Source of the DNA: an uncultured Ruminococcus sp.
GTDB taxonomy: Bacteria; Bacillota; Clostridia; Oscillospirales; Acutalibacteraceae
Length of the DNA: 32,736 nucleotides
Direction of reading: 5' to 3'
Assembly: GCA_902803035.1 (NCBI GenBank)
Contig: CADCON010000009.1
Location: 1 to 32,736 of the forward strand
In this document: positions 6,942-16,205 of the stretch, piece by piece
Numbering within the stretch: the first letter of the stretch is position 1
Layout of the letters: each line of letters starts with the position of its first letter
The notes under the pieces: model-generated
What the model was told of the DNA's origin: nothing
Databases searched by the model: none
Seen by the model: only the letters and a program-made list of their open reading frames with translations
Made by a program: the position numbers and the translations under genes

Positions 6942-8533
6942 TGCGCCGGATCATTTCTTTGCGCATAAAATTCAAGGGTCTTAAAAGGCGTACCAGGAAT
7001 CTTCCGATACGGGTACGCCTTTTTCTCGTGTCATTCAGCGTCATTCTGCTGTTTCTCGCCATCATCTTTTTCACCAACGCGGTGCTTCTCAAGCCCTATT
7101 ACAATTACATGAAGGAGCAGAAGCTCAAATCTACATTGCAGCAGATCGCCCGGCTGGATTTCTCCGAAACGAATGATTCGGGATATACAGGCGAAAAAAA
7201 CATCATGAAGCTCCGGTCGCTGGAGGAAACAGGCAATCTCCATATTATCATCCTCGACGAAAATCTCAATTATTTCTACTATGACAGCGAGCCGCCGGTT
7301 CATATCGACCCCTTCAAAAGATACGAAGGCGCGCGGCAGCTTTTCAACAGCATTTACCAGATTACCAAAATCAAGGGCGACGGCACACTGGATTCCCCTT
7401 CCATCAGCCACCGCCTGAATCCTGACACCGACTCCGAATTTCTCAGCCTTTACGCCATTGTCCCCTCGGGTCAAGACGGCGAATCTCCCTATTATCACGT
7501 TCTCATCAATACATCGCTGACCGCCATCGATGACGCTGTGGCGGCATTCGACGATTACGCTATCGTCCTGGGCATTTTCGGAATGATTATCAGCGGTCTG
7601 ATTTCCATCATGCTCTGCTCGCGTTTTGTGCAGCCCATCCTCAAGATCAACGAAGCCGCCAGCAGTATGGCTAAGATGGATTTCAGCGTCAAGCTGGACA
7701 TTTCTTCCCATGACGAACTCGGCGAGCTGGCGCAGAATATCAATCACCTCGCTTCCGAGCTGGAAAGCAATATCGGACAGCTCCGCGTCGCCAACGCCCA
7801 GCTCATGGAGGATATCCGCGAGAAGGAAAAAATCGACCAGATGCGCCGCGAGCTTCTCTCCAATGTGTCCCATGAATTCAAGACCCCTCTCGCCATCATC
7901 ATGGGCTATGCCGAAGGGCTTCAGCTCAACATCAACAGCGATGAGAAGGATTATTATTGCAGCGTCATCAATGACGAGGCGGTCAAGCTCAACAGCCTTG
8001 CCGCGCGGCTTCTCGACCTCGCCGAACTGGAATCCGGCGCCATCATGGATATTTCCGAATTCGATCTCTCCGGACTTGCCGAAGCGCGCCTGAAAACCCT
8101 GTCCTATATCTTCGCCGAGGAAGACATCACCGCGCAGTTCCATTCCTCCGGAGACTGCACACTTTCCGCCGATTACGGCAGAATCGAGGAGGTCATCAAC
8201 AACCTTCTCTCCAACGCGCTCCACCACACGCCCAAGGGCGGCGTTATCCGGCTGGACGTTTCCGGCGGCGGCGAAGATGTCACCTGCACGGTCTTCAATT
8301 CCGGCAGCCATATCCCGGACGACAGCATCGACCGCATCTGGGAGAGCTTCTACAAGGTGGACAAGGCCCGCACCCGCAAATACGGCGGCTCCGGACTGGG
8401 TCTGAAAATCGTCAGCTCCATTGTCAACCTCCACGGCGGCAGCTATTGCGCGGAAAATACGGATGACGGCGTGGTCTTCCGGTTCACGCTTCCCAAAAAA
8501 CGCGTTTTGTCACAGCCGGAGGACAAGCAGTAA
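6941..8533 (+). CDS. Sensor histidine kinase (two TM helices, extracytoplasmic loop, HAMP, HisKA, HATPase_c)
   Basis: TAATG overlap with the response regulator. TM1 LFLVSFSVILLFLAIIFF and TM2 AIVLGIFGMIISGLISIML. H-box LLSNVSHEFKTPL, N-box NLLSNALHHTP, G-boxes FNSGSHIPDD and GGSGLGLKIV. Confidence 0.92.
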   Translation: MRRIISLRIKFKGLKRRTRNLPIRVRLFLVSFSVILLFLAIIFFTNAVLLKPYYNYMKEQKLKSTLQQIARLDFSETNDSGYTGEKNIMKLRSLEETGNLHIIILDENLNYFYYDSEPPVHIDPFKRYEGARQLFNSIYQITKIKGDGTLDSPSISHRLNPDTDSEFLSLYAIVPSGQDGESPYYHVLINTSLTAIDDAVAAFDDYAIVLGIFGMIISGLISIMLCSRFVQPILKINEAASSMAKMDFSVKLDISSHDELGELAQNINHLASELESNIGQLRVANAQLMEDIREKEKIDQMRRELLSNVSHEFKTPLAIIMGYAEGLQLNINSDEKDYYCSVINDEAVKLNSLAARLLDLAELESGAIMDISEFDLSGLAEARLKTLSYIFAEEDITAQFHSSGDCTLSADYGRIEEVINNLLSNALHHTPKGGVIRLDVSGGGEDVTCTVFNSGSHIPDDSIDRIWESFYKVDKARTRKYGGSGLGLKIVSSIVNLHGGSYCAENTDDGVVFRFTLPKKRVLSQPEDKQ

Positions 8534-8585
8534 TCGCTTTTCAATATAATTCTTCCGATTTTTGATAATTTTTAATAAAATCATC

Positions 8586-8614
8586 TTGTATTCAATTCTA
8601 TGATAGTGTATAAT
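8586..8614 (+). promoter_or_regulatory. Sigma-A-type promoter candidate for the PHP/ispF gene string
   Basis: TTGTAT (8586-8591), 17-nt spacer, TATAAT (8609-8614), in an AT-rich gap after the kinase gene. Confidence 0.5.
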
Positions 8615-8657
8615 GATAGAAGCCAACGGATTTTTATTCCGTCGGCGTACTGACTGA

Positions 8658-9521
8658 TTGATTTCACGGGAAGTGATTAGATTGGGAGCGGACTTACATT
8701 GTCACACCAACCGTTCCGACGGCTCCGACTCTCCGGAATTCGTCATTCGTATGGCCAAGCGGCTGGGGCTTTCAGCACTTGCCATTACCGACCATGATTA
8801 TTACGCCGGTGCCTACGACGCGGAGGGGCTGGGCAGGAAATTCGGATTGCGGGTCATCAACGGCGTTGAGGTGTCCACCTTCGATAAGAAACGCGGTCAC
8901 AAGGTGCATATTCTTTGCTACAACATCAAACATACCGACGCGGTGTCGGAGCTTCTCAGGCGGATCACCAGAAACCGCGCCGAAGCCGCCTTTGCCAGTC
9001 TGGAGAAGGCGATGAAGCTCTACCCCATTACCGAGGAAATGGTCATGGACGGCGTGAGCGAATCCGGATACGTCGGCAAGCAGCACATTCTTCTTGCCCT
9101 CATGAAGGCGGGCTACGCCTCGGAGATGTACGGCGAGCTTTATCACAAGCTCTTCAACCGTCGCAACGGCACCTGCGCCGTCCCTGTCGAGCAGGTGGAT
9201 TCCCTTGAGGCGATGGAGTATCTCAGGCAGTCGGGCGGCGTCATTATCATGGCGCATCCTTCGGTCTACGGCAGCATCGACACGCTTGACGACCTCATCA
9301 GGGCGGGCATTCACGGCATCGAACTGCATCATCCCCGGAATACGCCCGAACATATGAAGGTAATTCGCCAGGCGGCCGCCGAGCACAAGCTTCTTCTCAC
9401 CGGCGGCACCGATTTCCACGGTTATTTCGTGGAGGAAAACCGACGCAATCCCCTCGGCGCGTTTACCACTACGGATGAAATGCTCAGACGCTTGGACGAA
9501 CTCAGCGCAAAGCTTCAATAA
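8658..9521 (+). CDS. PHP-domain metal-dependent phosphoesterase (TrpH/YciV-like)
   Basis: ADLHCHTNRSDGS, LAITDHD, KVHILCY, IMAHP, GIELHH, TGGTDFHG: the PHP His/Asp motif series. The track start at 8658 is TTG. GTG 8673 or TTG 8682 are alternatives, so the 5' end is uncertain by up to 24 nt. Confidence 0.8.
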   Translation: MISREVIRLGADLHCHTNRSDGSDSPEFVIRMAKRLGLSALAITDHDYYAGAYDAEGLGRKFGLRVINGVEVSTFDKKRGHKVHILCYNIKHTDAVSELLRRITRNRAEAAFASLEKAMKLYPITEEMVMDGVSESGYVGKQHILLALMKAGYASEMYGELYHKLFNRRNGTCAVPVEQVDSLEAMEYLRQSGGVIIMAHPSVYGSIDTLDDLIRAGIHGIELHHPRNTPEHMKVIRQAAAEHKLLLTGGTDFHGYFVEENRRNPLGAFTTTDEMLRRLDELSAKLQ

Positions 9522-10124
9522 ATGATTTCCATGGAGGCGATTGATTTGACGAACGAATACAATGACGACAGAGACGTAAAAATATTCAGCGGTGACAGTG
9601 ACGCCGACCGGACGCCAGAGGACAGCGAATATGTCAGGCTTATCAATGAGCAGAAGGGCAGCCGCAATATCCGCCGCGCTATGCAGCTCGGCGCTTCGCT
9701 GGTAATGGAAATAGACCGCAGTATGCCGGATCTCAATTCCGGCGTCTTCGCGCTCCCTGAGGATTACGACCCCATGCTGCTTCACAGGAGTATGCTCATG
9801 GTGTTCTCCATTATTATCGGCATGGAGCAGTATATTCCCGGCAAGGCACTGGAAGGCACCGCCCTCAATGTGTTCTACGACACCCTCAAGAAGGAAGACC
9901 CCAAGCTCTACGACGATATGAGCGCAACCGGCTCCCTGACCTTCTATTATCTCGCCTACCGCCGCGAGGGAGACCCCAAGCTCCGCGTCGCGCAGGCGTT
10001 CGCCATGCTCTGCGGCGATGAGGAGAGCGAGGATCTTATTCAGGTCGGCGAAGCGATCTATCACAGATACCGCCATATGGTCAGGGATTATGTCGATGGC
10101 ATCGGCTTCGAGCCGGAGGACTGA
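9522..10124 (+). CDS. Hypothetical acidic protein (200 aa)
   Basis: ORF track. The ATG immediately follows the PHP gene's TAA. Codon usage resembles its neighbours. No motif recognised. Confidence 0.5.
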   Translation: MISMEAIDLTNEYNDDRDVKIFSGDSDADRTPEDSEYVRLINEQKGSRNIRRAMQLGASLVMEIDRSMPDLNSGVFALPEDYDPMLLHRSMLMVFSIIIGMEQYIPGKALEGTALNVFYDTLKKEDPKLYDDMSATGSLTFYYLAYRREGDPKLRVAQAFAMLCGDEESEDLIQVGEAIYHRYRHMVRDYVDGIGFEPED

Positions 10125-10152
10125 TCTCCGTTACGGAAAGGATAATGCGGCT

Positions 10153-10620
10153 ATGAGAATCGGACACGGTTACGACGTTCACAGGCTCACCGAAGGCAGA
10201 AAGCTCATTCTCGGCGGGGTGGATATTCCATATGAAAAAGGGCTGCTGGGGCATTCCGACGCGGATGTGCTTGCCCACGCCATTTCCGACGCGCTTCTGG
10301 GGGCCGCCGCCCTCGGCGATATCGGGCATTTATTTCCCGACAGCGACGACAGATTCCTCGGTGCGGACAGCATGGCGCTTCTCGCGGAGGTATGCCGTGT
10401 CGTGCGGGAACACGGGTATGAAATCGGCAACATCGACGCCACCGTTCTCGCGCAGGCACCCAAGCTCGCCCCCCACATTCTGGCAATGCGGGAGAACATC
10501 GCCCGCGCGTGCGGGGTGGATGTGTCGCGGATCAGCGTGAAGGCGACTACCGAGGAGAAACTCGGCTTCACCGGCAGCGGTGAAGGAATGGCGGCGCACG
10601 CGGTCGCGCTGCTCATGTGA
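10153..10620 (+). CDS. ispF: 2-C-methyl-D-erythritol 2,4-cyclodiphosphate synthase
   Basis: ORF 10018..10620 trimmed to ATG 10153 ([12 protein letters not shown]...), with GGAAAGGA upstream. It matches IspF end to end ([32 protein letters not shown]), 155 aa. Confidence 0.93.
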   Translation: MRIGHGYDVHRLTEGRKLILGGVDIPYEKGLLGHSDADVLAHAISDALLGAAALGDIGHLFPDSDDRFLGADSMALLAEVCRVVREHGYEIGNIDATVLAQAPKLAPHILAMRENIARACGVDVSRISVKATTEEKLGFTGSGEGMAAHAVALLM

Positions 10621-10651
10621 TTTTTGCAAAATTCCATATTCCATATAACAG

Positions 10652-10706
10652 CAAGCCGGTCATGGCATATTATGTTAAAGAGCATAATAGCCAGCCGGCT
10701 TTTTGT
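10652..10706 (+). terminator. Probable intrinsic terminator after ispF
   Basis: AAGCCGG (10653-10659) pairs with CCGGCTT (10695-10701). There is inner TATTATG/CATAATA pairing, and TTTTG follows. The stem is long and imperfect. Confidence 0.45.
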
Positions 10707-10733
10707 ATTTCTCATAAAAATCAAGGATGGTGA

Positions 10734-10955
10734 ATGATCATGAAAGGACAGCATTCCTCTGTCAAAGTTGGCTCCTACACCCTTGCCATGCGCGGGTGCG
10801 AGCTTCTCAGGCAAAACGGCATTTCCTGCTCATTGCGGAAAATCTCCGATCCGGGCGGAAAATACGGCTGCATCTATTCCATCGACGTGGACGGCGACGC
10901 CCTCTGGCCCGCGGAAAGAATTCTCCGTTCGTCCGGCATCATGGTGCTGCCGTGA
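10734..10955 (+). CDS. Small DUF3343-like (putative S/Se carrier-like) protein
   Basis: 73 aa, AAGGA 6 nt upstream. It sits directly upstream of a class V cysteine desulfurase, a pairing I recall for DUF3343 proteins. Sequence similarity was judged from memory only (…A.R.E.LL...GI....R.I…GC…). Confidence 0.5.
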   Translation: MIMKGQHSSVKVGSYTLAMRGCELLRQNGISCSLRKISDPGGKYGCIYSIDVDGDALWPAERILRSSGIMVLP

Positions 10956-11000
10956 GAACGGCGCGGAACCGCGTCATCTGAAAAATTGGGGTGAATGGAA

Positions 11001-12161
11001 ATGATTTATCTTGACAATGCCGCGACCACATGGCCGAAGCCCAGAGGCACCGCGGCAGCCATCGCGGAGGTGCTTTCCTCACGCGGCGCCAATCCCGGAC
11101 GCGGCAGCTACCGCATGGCGGAGCTTTCGTCCGAAATCGTCTACAACTGCCGCCGCCGCGCCGCGGAATTCTTCGGGGCAAAGGCGCCGGAAAACGTGAT
11201 ATTCACGCCCTCCTGCACGCATTCCATCAATTATGTCCTCAAAGGCGTGTTATCCCCGGGCGATCATGTGATTATCTCCGATATGGAGCACAACGCCGTC
11301 ACCCGCCCGGTCACGCGGCTTGCGCGGCGCGGGGTGCAGTTCAGCGTCGCCCGCGTCCATGAAGGCGATCCGCAGGCGACTGTCGCGGAGTTCCGCAGGT
11401 GCATGAGGGTGAATACGAAGCTGATTTTCTGCACCCACGCGTCGAATGTCTTCGGCATTAAGCTGCCGGTCGAAGAAATCGGACAGCTCGCCTGCCGCAA
11501 CGGGATTCTCTTCGGCATCGACTGCGCCCAGAGCGCGGGAACGGCGCCGCTCGATCTCGGCCGCCTGAAGGCGGACTTTCTCTGTATGCCGGCGCACAAG
11601 GGGCTTTACGGTATGATGGGTCTTGGAATGCTCATCATCAACTGCGACCGCCTGCCGGAAACGGTCATCGAAGGCGGCACGGGCAGTCTTTCCGGGGTGA
11701 ACGAACAGCCCGGCTTCCTCCCCGACCGATTTGAAAGCGGCACATTGAACGTCCCCGCCATCGCCGCTCTCGGCGTGGGGCTGGATTTCATCGGCACTGT
11801 GGGGCGTCAGCGGCTGGAAGAACACGAAATGAGCCTGATTGCACGCGCTTACGACGCAATCGCCGCCATGCCGGGGTGCAGACTCTACACCTCCCGCCCG
11901 CAGCCGGAATTCCATGTGCCGCTGCTTTCCTTCAATATCGACGGCATTCCCTCCGATGAAGCGGCCGCGCGGCTCGGCGAACGTGACATTGCCGTGCGCG
12001 CGGGGCTTCACTGTGCCGGAGAAGCGCACCGCGCGATGGGAACGCAGTCGGGCGGCACCATACGCATCTGCCCGTCCGTCTTTACGTCGGCCGCGGAAAT
12101 TGACGGCTTTCTGCAGGCGGTGCAGGATATTGCCGGAGAAGCGGCCCGCCGCCAGAACTGA
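11001..12161 (+). CDS. Cysteine desulfurase family protein (aminotransferase class V)
   Basis: MIYLDNAATTWPKP, PLP-lysine context FLCMPAHKGLYG, catalytic Cys context VRAGLHCAGEAH. The track start 10995 sits too close to the GGGGTGA Shine-Dalgarno, so ATG 11001 is preferred. The 6-nt difference is uncertain. Confidence 0.88.
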   Translation: MIYLDNAATTWPKPRGTAAAIAEVLSSRGANPGRGSYRMAELSSEIVYNCRRRAAEFFGAKAPENVIFTPSCTHSINYVLKGVLSPGDHVIISDMEHNAVTRPVTRLARRGVQFSVARVHEGDPQATVAEFRRCMRVNTKLIFCTHASNVFGIKLPVEEIGQLACRNGILFGIDCAQSAGTAPLDLGRLKADFLCMPAHKGLYGMMGLGMLIINCDRLPETVIEGGTGSLSGVNEQPGFLPDRFESGTLNVPAIAALGVGLDFIGTVGRQRLEEHEMSLIARAYDAIAAMPGCRLYTSRPQPEFHVPLLSFNIDGIPSDEAAARLGERDIAVRAGLHCAGEAHRAMGTQSGGTIRICPSVFTSAAEIDGFLQAVQDIAGEAARRQN

Positions 12162-12187
12162 CGGGCGCACGGACTCATTTCAGCCCG

Positions 12188-12242
12188 GACGGGCGCGCAA
12201 CAGCCAAAGCGGTCACTCCACGCGGATTGTTGCGCGCCCGTC
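12188..12242 (+). terminator. GC-rich hairpin after the desulfurase gene (possible terminator, no clear T tract)
   Basis: Perfect 15-bp inverted repeat GACGGGCGCGCAACA (12188-12202) / TGTTGCGCGCCCGTC (12228-12242) with a 25-nt loop. The downstream sequence AATTGTCTGCTTTCC is only weakly T-rich. Confidence 0.45.
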
Positions 12243-12309
12243 AATTGTCTGCTTTCCGTCTGCCACGCGTATCGCCGCTAAAATAACCGCATTATTTGAT
12301 AAAAACATA

Positions 12310-12339
12310 TTGAATTTCTCCCTGACGATGTGTTATAAT
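12310..12339 (+). promoter_or_regulatory. Sigma-A-type promoter candidate for ruvCAB
   Basis: TTGAAT (12310-12315), 18-nt spacer ending in TGt, TATAAT (12334-12339), 37 nt before the ruvC ATG. Confidence 0.55.
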
Positions 12340-12375
12340 GGTATGAATAATGATTCTGATTGCAGGGAGGGCATT

Positions 12376-12894
12376 ATGATGATTATTATGGGAATTGATC
12401 CGGGATACGCGCTGGTCGGCTTCGGCGTTGTGAAATACGAGCCGCCGAGATTCATTCCGGTGGAGTACGGTTCCATTACCACCAAGGCGTCCTGCCCCTT
12501 TGAAAGGCGGCTTGAAACCATCTTCAGACGCACCATTGAAATAATCGACAAGCGGAAGCCGGAGGCCATTGCCATTGAAAAGCTCTTTTACACCAACAAC
12601 GCCAAAACCGTCATCGGTGTGGCCGAAGCGCGCGGCGTCATTCTGCTTGCGGCACAGCTCAAGGGCGTTCCGATTTTTGAATACACACCCCTTCAGGTCA
12701 AGCAGGCTGTCACAGGCTACGGACAGGCATTAAAGCCCCAGATGCAGGAAATGACCCGCCGTCTGCTCTGCCTGAAGGAAATTCCCAGACCGGATGACAC
12801 GGCCGACGCGCTCGCCATCGCTATCTGCCACGGGCAGAACAGCACCGTCAGAAAACCCATGCCCCAAAAGACTTATTACTACCAGAAGAACTGA
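12376..12894 (+). CDS. ruvC: Holliday junction resolvase RuvC
   Basis: ORF 11839..12894 trimmed to ATG 12376, with GGGAGGG upstream. IMGIDPGYALVGFG (catalytic Asp), AIEKLFY (Glu), QVKQAVTGYG, PDDTADALAIAICH (Asp pair). Confidence 0.92.
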   Translation: MMIIMGIDPGYALVGFGVVKYEPPRFIPVEYGSITTKASCPFERRLETIFRRTIEIIDKRKPEAIAIEKLFYTNNAKTVIGVAEARGVILLAAQLKGVPIFEYTPLQVKQAVTGYGQALKPQMQEMTRRLLCLKEIPRPDDTADALAIAICHGQNSTVRKPMPQKTYYYQKN

Positions 12895-12906
12895 GGATTA
12901 AAAAGA

Positions 12907-13512
12907 ATGCTATACAGTCTGACCGGCAAATACATTGCCGCTGAATCCAATTTTGTGGTGATCGAATGCGGCGGCGTGGGCTTCCGGTGCTTCACGTCCA
13001 TGTCAACCCTCACGCGGCTGCCCGCGCAGGGATCCACCGTCACCCTTTACACCTTCATGAGCGTCACGGAAAACGCCATCACGCTTTACGGCTTCTCCCA
13101 GAAGACCGAGCTGAGCTGCTTCAGAATGCTGATTTCCGTGTCGGGCATCGGTCCGAAGGCGGCGATTTCCATTCTCTCCACCCTCACCCCTGAGGACGTC
13201 GCCCTCGCTGTCGGTTCCGGCGATTACAAGGCCATCACCCGCGCGAACGGCGTCGGGCCGAAAATCGCCCAGCGCGTCGTGCTGGAGCTGAAGGACAAGT
13301 TCAAGAGCATGGGCGCGCCCGCCGATTCGCCCCAAGGGGCAAAGGGCGGGGCTTCTCTCTCTCCCGGCAATGCAGCCGCCGCGATCAATGCCTTGATGGT
13401 GCTGGGCTGCCAGTCCTCCGAAGCTGCCAGACTGGTCGCGGGACTGGATCCCTCCCTCCCCACTGAGGAGCTGATCCGGCTCGCCCTCATCGAAATGGCC
13501 AAAGGAATGTAG
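12907..13512 (+). CDS. ruvA: Holliday junction DNA helicase subunit RuvA
   Basis: MLYSLTGKY...VVIECGGVGF...LYGF (OB domain), LISVSGIGPKAAISIL and ITRANGVGPKIAQRVVLELKDK (two HhH motifs), plus a C-terminal domain III. Confidence 0.93.
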   Translation: MLYSLTGKYIAAESNFVVIECGGVGFRCFTSMSTLTRLPAQGSTVTLYTFMSVTENAITLYGFSQKTELSCFRMLISVSGIGPKAAISILSTLTPEDVALAVGSGDYKAITRANGVGPKIAQRVVLELKDKFKSMGAPADSPQGAKGGASLSPGNAAAAINALMVLGCQSSEAARLVAGLDPSLPTEELIRLALIEMAKGM

Positions 13513-13563
13513 CGCGCGGCTTCTTCCGGATTTTCCACAAGGCTGTGCGAATGACGATTGAAG

Positions 13564-14700
13564 ATGAAAGACAGGAAAATGAAAAAGAAAAACAACAACT
13601 ATCCCGACAGCGAAATCCGTTCAGTATCGTTTGATGAAACGGACAGCAGCTACTATGACGACGACTCGGATTTTGAAAACCGCATTGTCGCCCCTGAATA
13701 CAATCCTGAGGACGCGGAAACCGACAATCCCCTGCGTCCCCGGACACTCGACGCCTACATCGGGCAGGAAACCGTCAAGCAGAATCTTTCGGTCTATATC
13801 AGCGCGGCTCTCGCGCGGCACGAAACCCTCGACCACTGTCTGCTCTACGGCCCTCCGGGTCTGGGAAAAACCACCCTCGCCGGCATTATCGCCCACGAGA
13901 TGGGCGTGGGGCTGCGTATTACCTCCGGCCCCGCCATCGAACGCCCCGGCGATCTGGCCGCGCTTCTCAGCTCGCTCAATCCCGGCGACGTTCTCTTTAT
14001 CGACGAGATTCACCGCCTTTCGCGCACGGTGGAAGAAATTCTCTACCCGGCAATGGAGGACTTCGCCATCGACATCATGACCGGCAAGGGTCAGGGCGCG
14101 ATGAGCTATCATCTCCCGCTGCCGAAATTCACCCTTGTGGGGGCAACCACCCGCGCGGGACAGCTCTCCGCTCCCCTGCGCGACCGCTTCGGCGTTGTGC
14201 TGCGTCTGGAATTGTACACCCCTGAGCAGCTCGCCGACATCGTGGAACGCTCCGCCGGCATTCTCGGCATCGCCATCGACCGCGAGGGCGCGCTGGAGCT
14301 TGCTTCCCGTTCAAGGGGTACCCCCCGCATCGCCAACCGCCTTCTCCGCCGCGTCCGCGATTTCGCGCAGGTCATCGGCGACGGCGTCATCACCTGCGAC
14401 GTCGCCCGCATGGCGCTTGACCGTCAGGAAATTGACGAGCTGGGACTTGACAAGATCGACCGGCTGCTTCTCTCCGGCATCATTCAATTCTACGGCGGCG
14501 GACCTGTGGGTCTGGAAACCATCGCCGCCGCTATCGGTGAGGAAGCCGTGACCATCGAGGACGTCTATGAGCCTTATCTCATGCAGATCGGCTTTCTGGC
14601 GCGCACCCCCCGCGGACGCTGCGTCACCGACGCCGCCTATGCCCATCTCGGCCTTACTCCGCCTTCCCAGGCGGGCGGACAGCAGTCGCTCTTCAACTGA
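13564..14700 (+). CDS. ruvB: Holliday junction branch-migration ATPase RuvB, with an N-terminal low-complexity extension
   Basis: [12 protein letters not shown], Walker [10 protein letters not shown], Walker [10 protein letters not shown], sensor [23 protein letters not shown]. The track start 13558 is TTG; the first ATG is 13564 and the next is 13579. No strong Shine-Dalgarno precedes any of them, so the start is uncertain. Confidence 0.9.
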   Translation: MKDRKMKKKNNNYPDSEIRSVSFDETDSSYYDDDSDFENRIVAPEYNPEDAETDNPLRPRTLDAYIGQETVKQNLSVYISAALARHETLDHCLLYGPPGLGKTTLAGIIAHEMGVGLRITSGPAIERPGDLAALLSSLNPGDVLFIDEIHRLSRTVEEILYPAMEDFAIDIMTGKGQGAMSYHLPLPKFTLVGATTRAGQLSAPLRDRFGVVLRLELYTPEQLADIVERSAGILGIAIDREGALELASRSRGTPRIANRLLRRVRDFAQVIGDGVITCDVARMALDRQEIDELGLDKIDRLLLSGIIQFYGGGPVGLETIAAAIGEEAVTIEDVYEPYLMQIGFLARTPRGRCVTDAAYAHLGLTPPSQAGGQQSLFN

Positions 14701-14736
14701 ATTCTTTGCATATTATGGAAGGGAATGTATATATAA

Positions 14737-16200
14737 ATGAAAATCACAAGTGACAGAGCCGCGTTCTGCGGTATTCTGGGAGAAAGCATCGACATCTATC
14801 AGGCGGAACACGCTACCGCCGCCGCTTACAGCAAGCTGGGCGGATATTCCTCTTCGCGCCGCGAACGATGCAGGGTCGTGGTCGGCCACGACGCCAGCCC
14901 CGCCGCCGATATGATGACATCCGCCGTCACCGCCGCGCTCTGCGCTTCCGGCGCGGACGTCATCTCCCTCGGACTCGTGCCTTCCGGCGCGGTGTCCTTC
15001 GCCACTCCGGAAAGCAACGCCATCATGGGCGTTATGGTGACCGGCGGCCGCTATCATTACGACCTCAGCGGGCTGAAATTCTATCAGAAGGACGGCAGTC
15101 AGGTGACCGGCGATCTGCTGGAATCCATTCAGGCGGCCATCGACGGCGGCGCGCTTCTCGGCGGCAAACAGTCCGGCAGAATCCTGCCGCCTGATTCATC
15201 GCTTCTCAGCAAGTACAGGCACAATATCATCGACGCCGCCGGCTTTACCATGTTTGAAAAGCTCAAGGTCGCGGTGGACTGCCGGAAAAGCGCGTGCGCG
15301 CCCTTCGCGGAATTCGTCTTCCGGCAGCTCGGCGCGGACGTCCTGCTGATGGACATTGCCGAAGACTCCTGCTATGAGGACACTTCAAGACTCATCGATT
15401 TTGTCAGGGACACCGGCAGCGATATCGGATTCACCTTCAGCGCGGACGGCGAGGTCTGCCTTGTCGCCCTTCCCGACGGCAAGCTGCTCGATTCCGAAAG
15501 ACTCGCCGAAATATTCGGCAAGGTCTACGGCAAGGCAACGAATAACGAGGACAGCGTTCCCCTCATCATGCTCAGCGACAACTGCCACATCGCTCTCGCG
15601 CCCTTCATCAAGTCCATGGGCGCGGAAATCAGAACCGTCACCGGCGATTACAGCTATCTCGCTGAGGAATGCGCCGGCTACGACAGTGTCATTATGACGG
15701 TCGACCGCTTCAACGGCATTGTCTTTCCCCGCCGCTCCCACGTTCCGGACGGACTTCTCACCGCCGTCATGCTTCTCGGCTGCATGAACCGTATGGGCAT
15801 GACCATTGACGAGCTGTGGGCGGAGGTTCCCAAGCTCATCCGCGGCACGACCTCTGTTGTCATTCCGTCCGGCGCGTTCATTCCGGTTATGCGTACCACC
15901 GATCTGGAAGAGGAAATCCGCGTCATGCGCTCCTATCTCTCCGGCGACGGGCGCGTGCTGATGTACCGCCCCGACAGCGGCAAGGTGGAAATCATTGTCG
16001 AGGGCATCAAGTCCGCTCAGGTCAGCAAGGTTCTCGAAATGGCGGAAGCCGTGGTGCGAAAGAATCTCAGAATTCCCGACGACGCGACTCTCTTCCGCCG
16101 CCCGGAAGCCGCCGGTGCCACCGGGAATACCGACTCGCCGGATGACGGAGGAACGCCCTCCGGCGGCAGTCATTACCTTGCAGTGAAAAAGGAAAGCTGA
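14737..16200 (+). CDS. Alpha-D-phosphohexomutase-fold protein with degenerate catalytic motifs
   Basis: Collinear with the PGM/PMM/GlmM layout: VVVGHDASP, GVMVTGGRYHYDLSGLKFY in place of G.m.TASHNP...NG.K., GFTFSADGEVCLV in place of DGDGDR, and YRPDSGKVEIIVEG in place of RPSGTEP..R. GGAAGGGA Shine-Dalgarno upstream. Confidence 0.7.
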   Translation: MKITSDRAAFCGILGESIDIYQAEHATAAAYSKLGGYSSSRRERCRVVVGHDASPAADMMTSAVTAALCASGADVISLGLVPSGAVSFATPESNAIMGVMVTGGRYHYDLSGLKFYQKDGSQVTGDLLESIQAAIDGGALLGGKQSGRILPPDSSLLSKYRHNIIDAAGFTMFEKLKVAVDCRKSACAPFAEFVFRQLGADVLLMDIAEDSCYEDTSRLIDFVRDTGSDIGFTFSADGEVCLVALPDGKLLDSERLAEIFGKVYGKATNNEDSVPLIMLSDNCHIALAPFIKSMGAEIRTVTGDYSYLAEECAGYDSVIMTVDRFNGIVFPRRSHVPDGLLTAVMLLGCMNRMGMTIDELWAEVPKLIRGTTSVVIPSGAFIPVMRTTDLEEEIRVMRSYLSGDGRVLMYRPDSGKVEIIVEGIKSAQVSKVLEMAEAVVRKNLRIPDDATLFRRPEAAGATGNTDSPDDGGTPSGGSHYLAVKKES

Positions 16201-16205
16201 TTCTG

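Noticed and set aside
7031-8434. 467-aa minus-strand ORF antisense to the histidine kinase. Similar antisense ORFs: 8772..10076, 11250..12170, 15385..16218, 17124..18194, 18172..19047, 4780..5499, 1771..2892, 19936..20946, 940..1719
   Set aside because: Each overlaps a strongly motif-supported gene on the other strand and shows no recognisable family signature. They are GC-driven stop-codon depletion artefacts.
10018-10152. N-terminal 45-codon extension of the ispF ORF in the track, which overlaps the preceding gene
   Set aside because: The IspF family begins at [13 protein letters not shown] 10153 has its own Shine-Dalgarno, and the extension has no homology-like features.
11839-12375. 179-codon upstream extension of the ruvC ORF in the track
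   Set aside because: It overlaps the cysteine desulfurase 3' end and the intergenic hairpin and promoter. RuvC begins at MMIIMGIDPG, with GGGAGGG upstream of ATG 12376.
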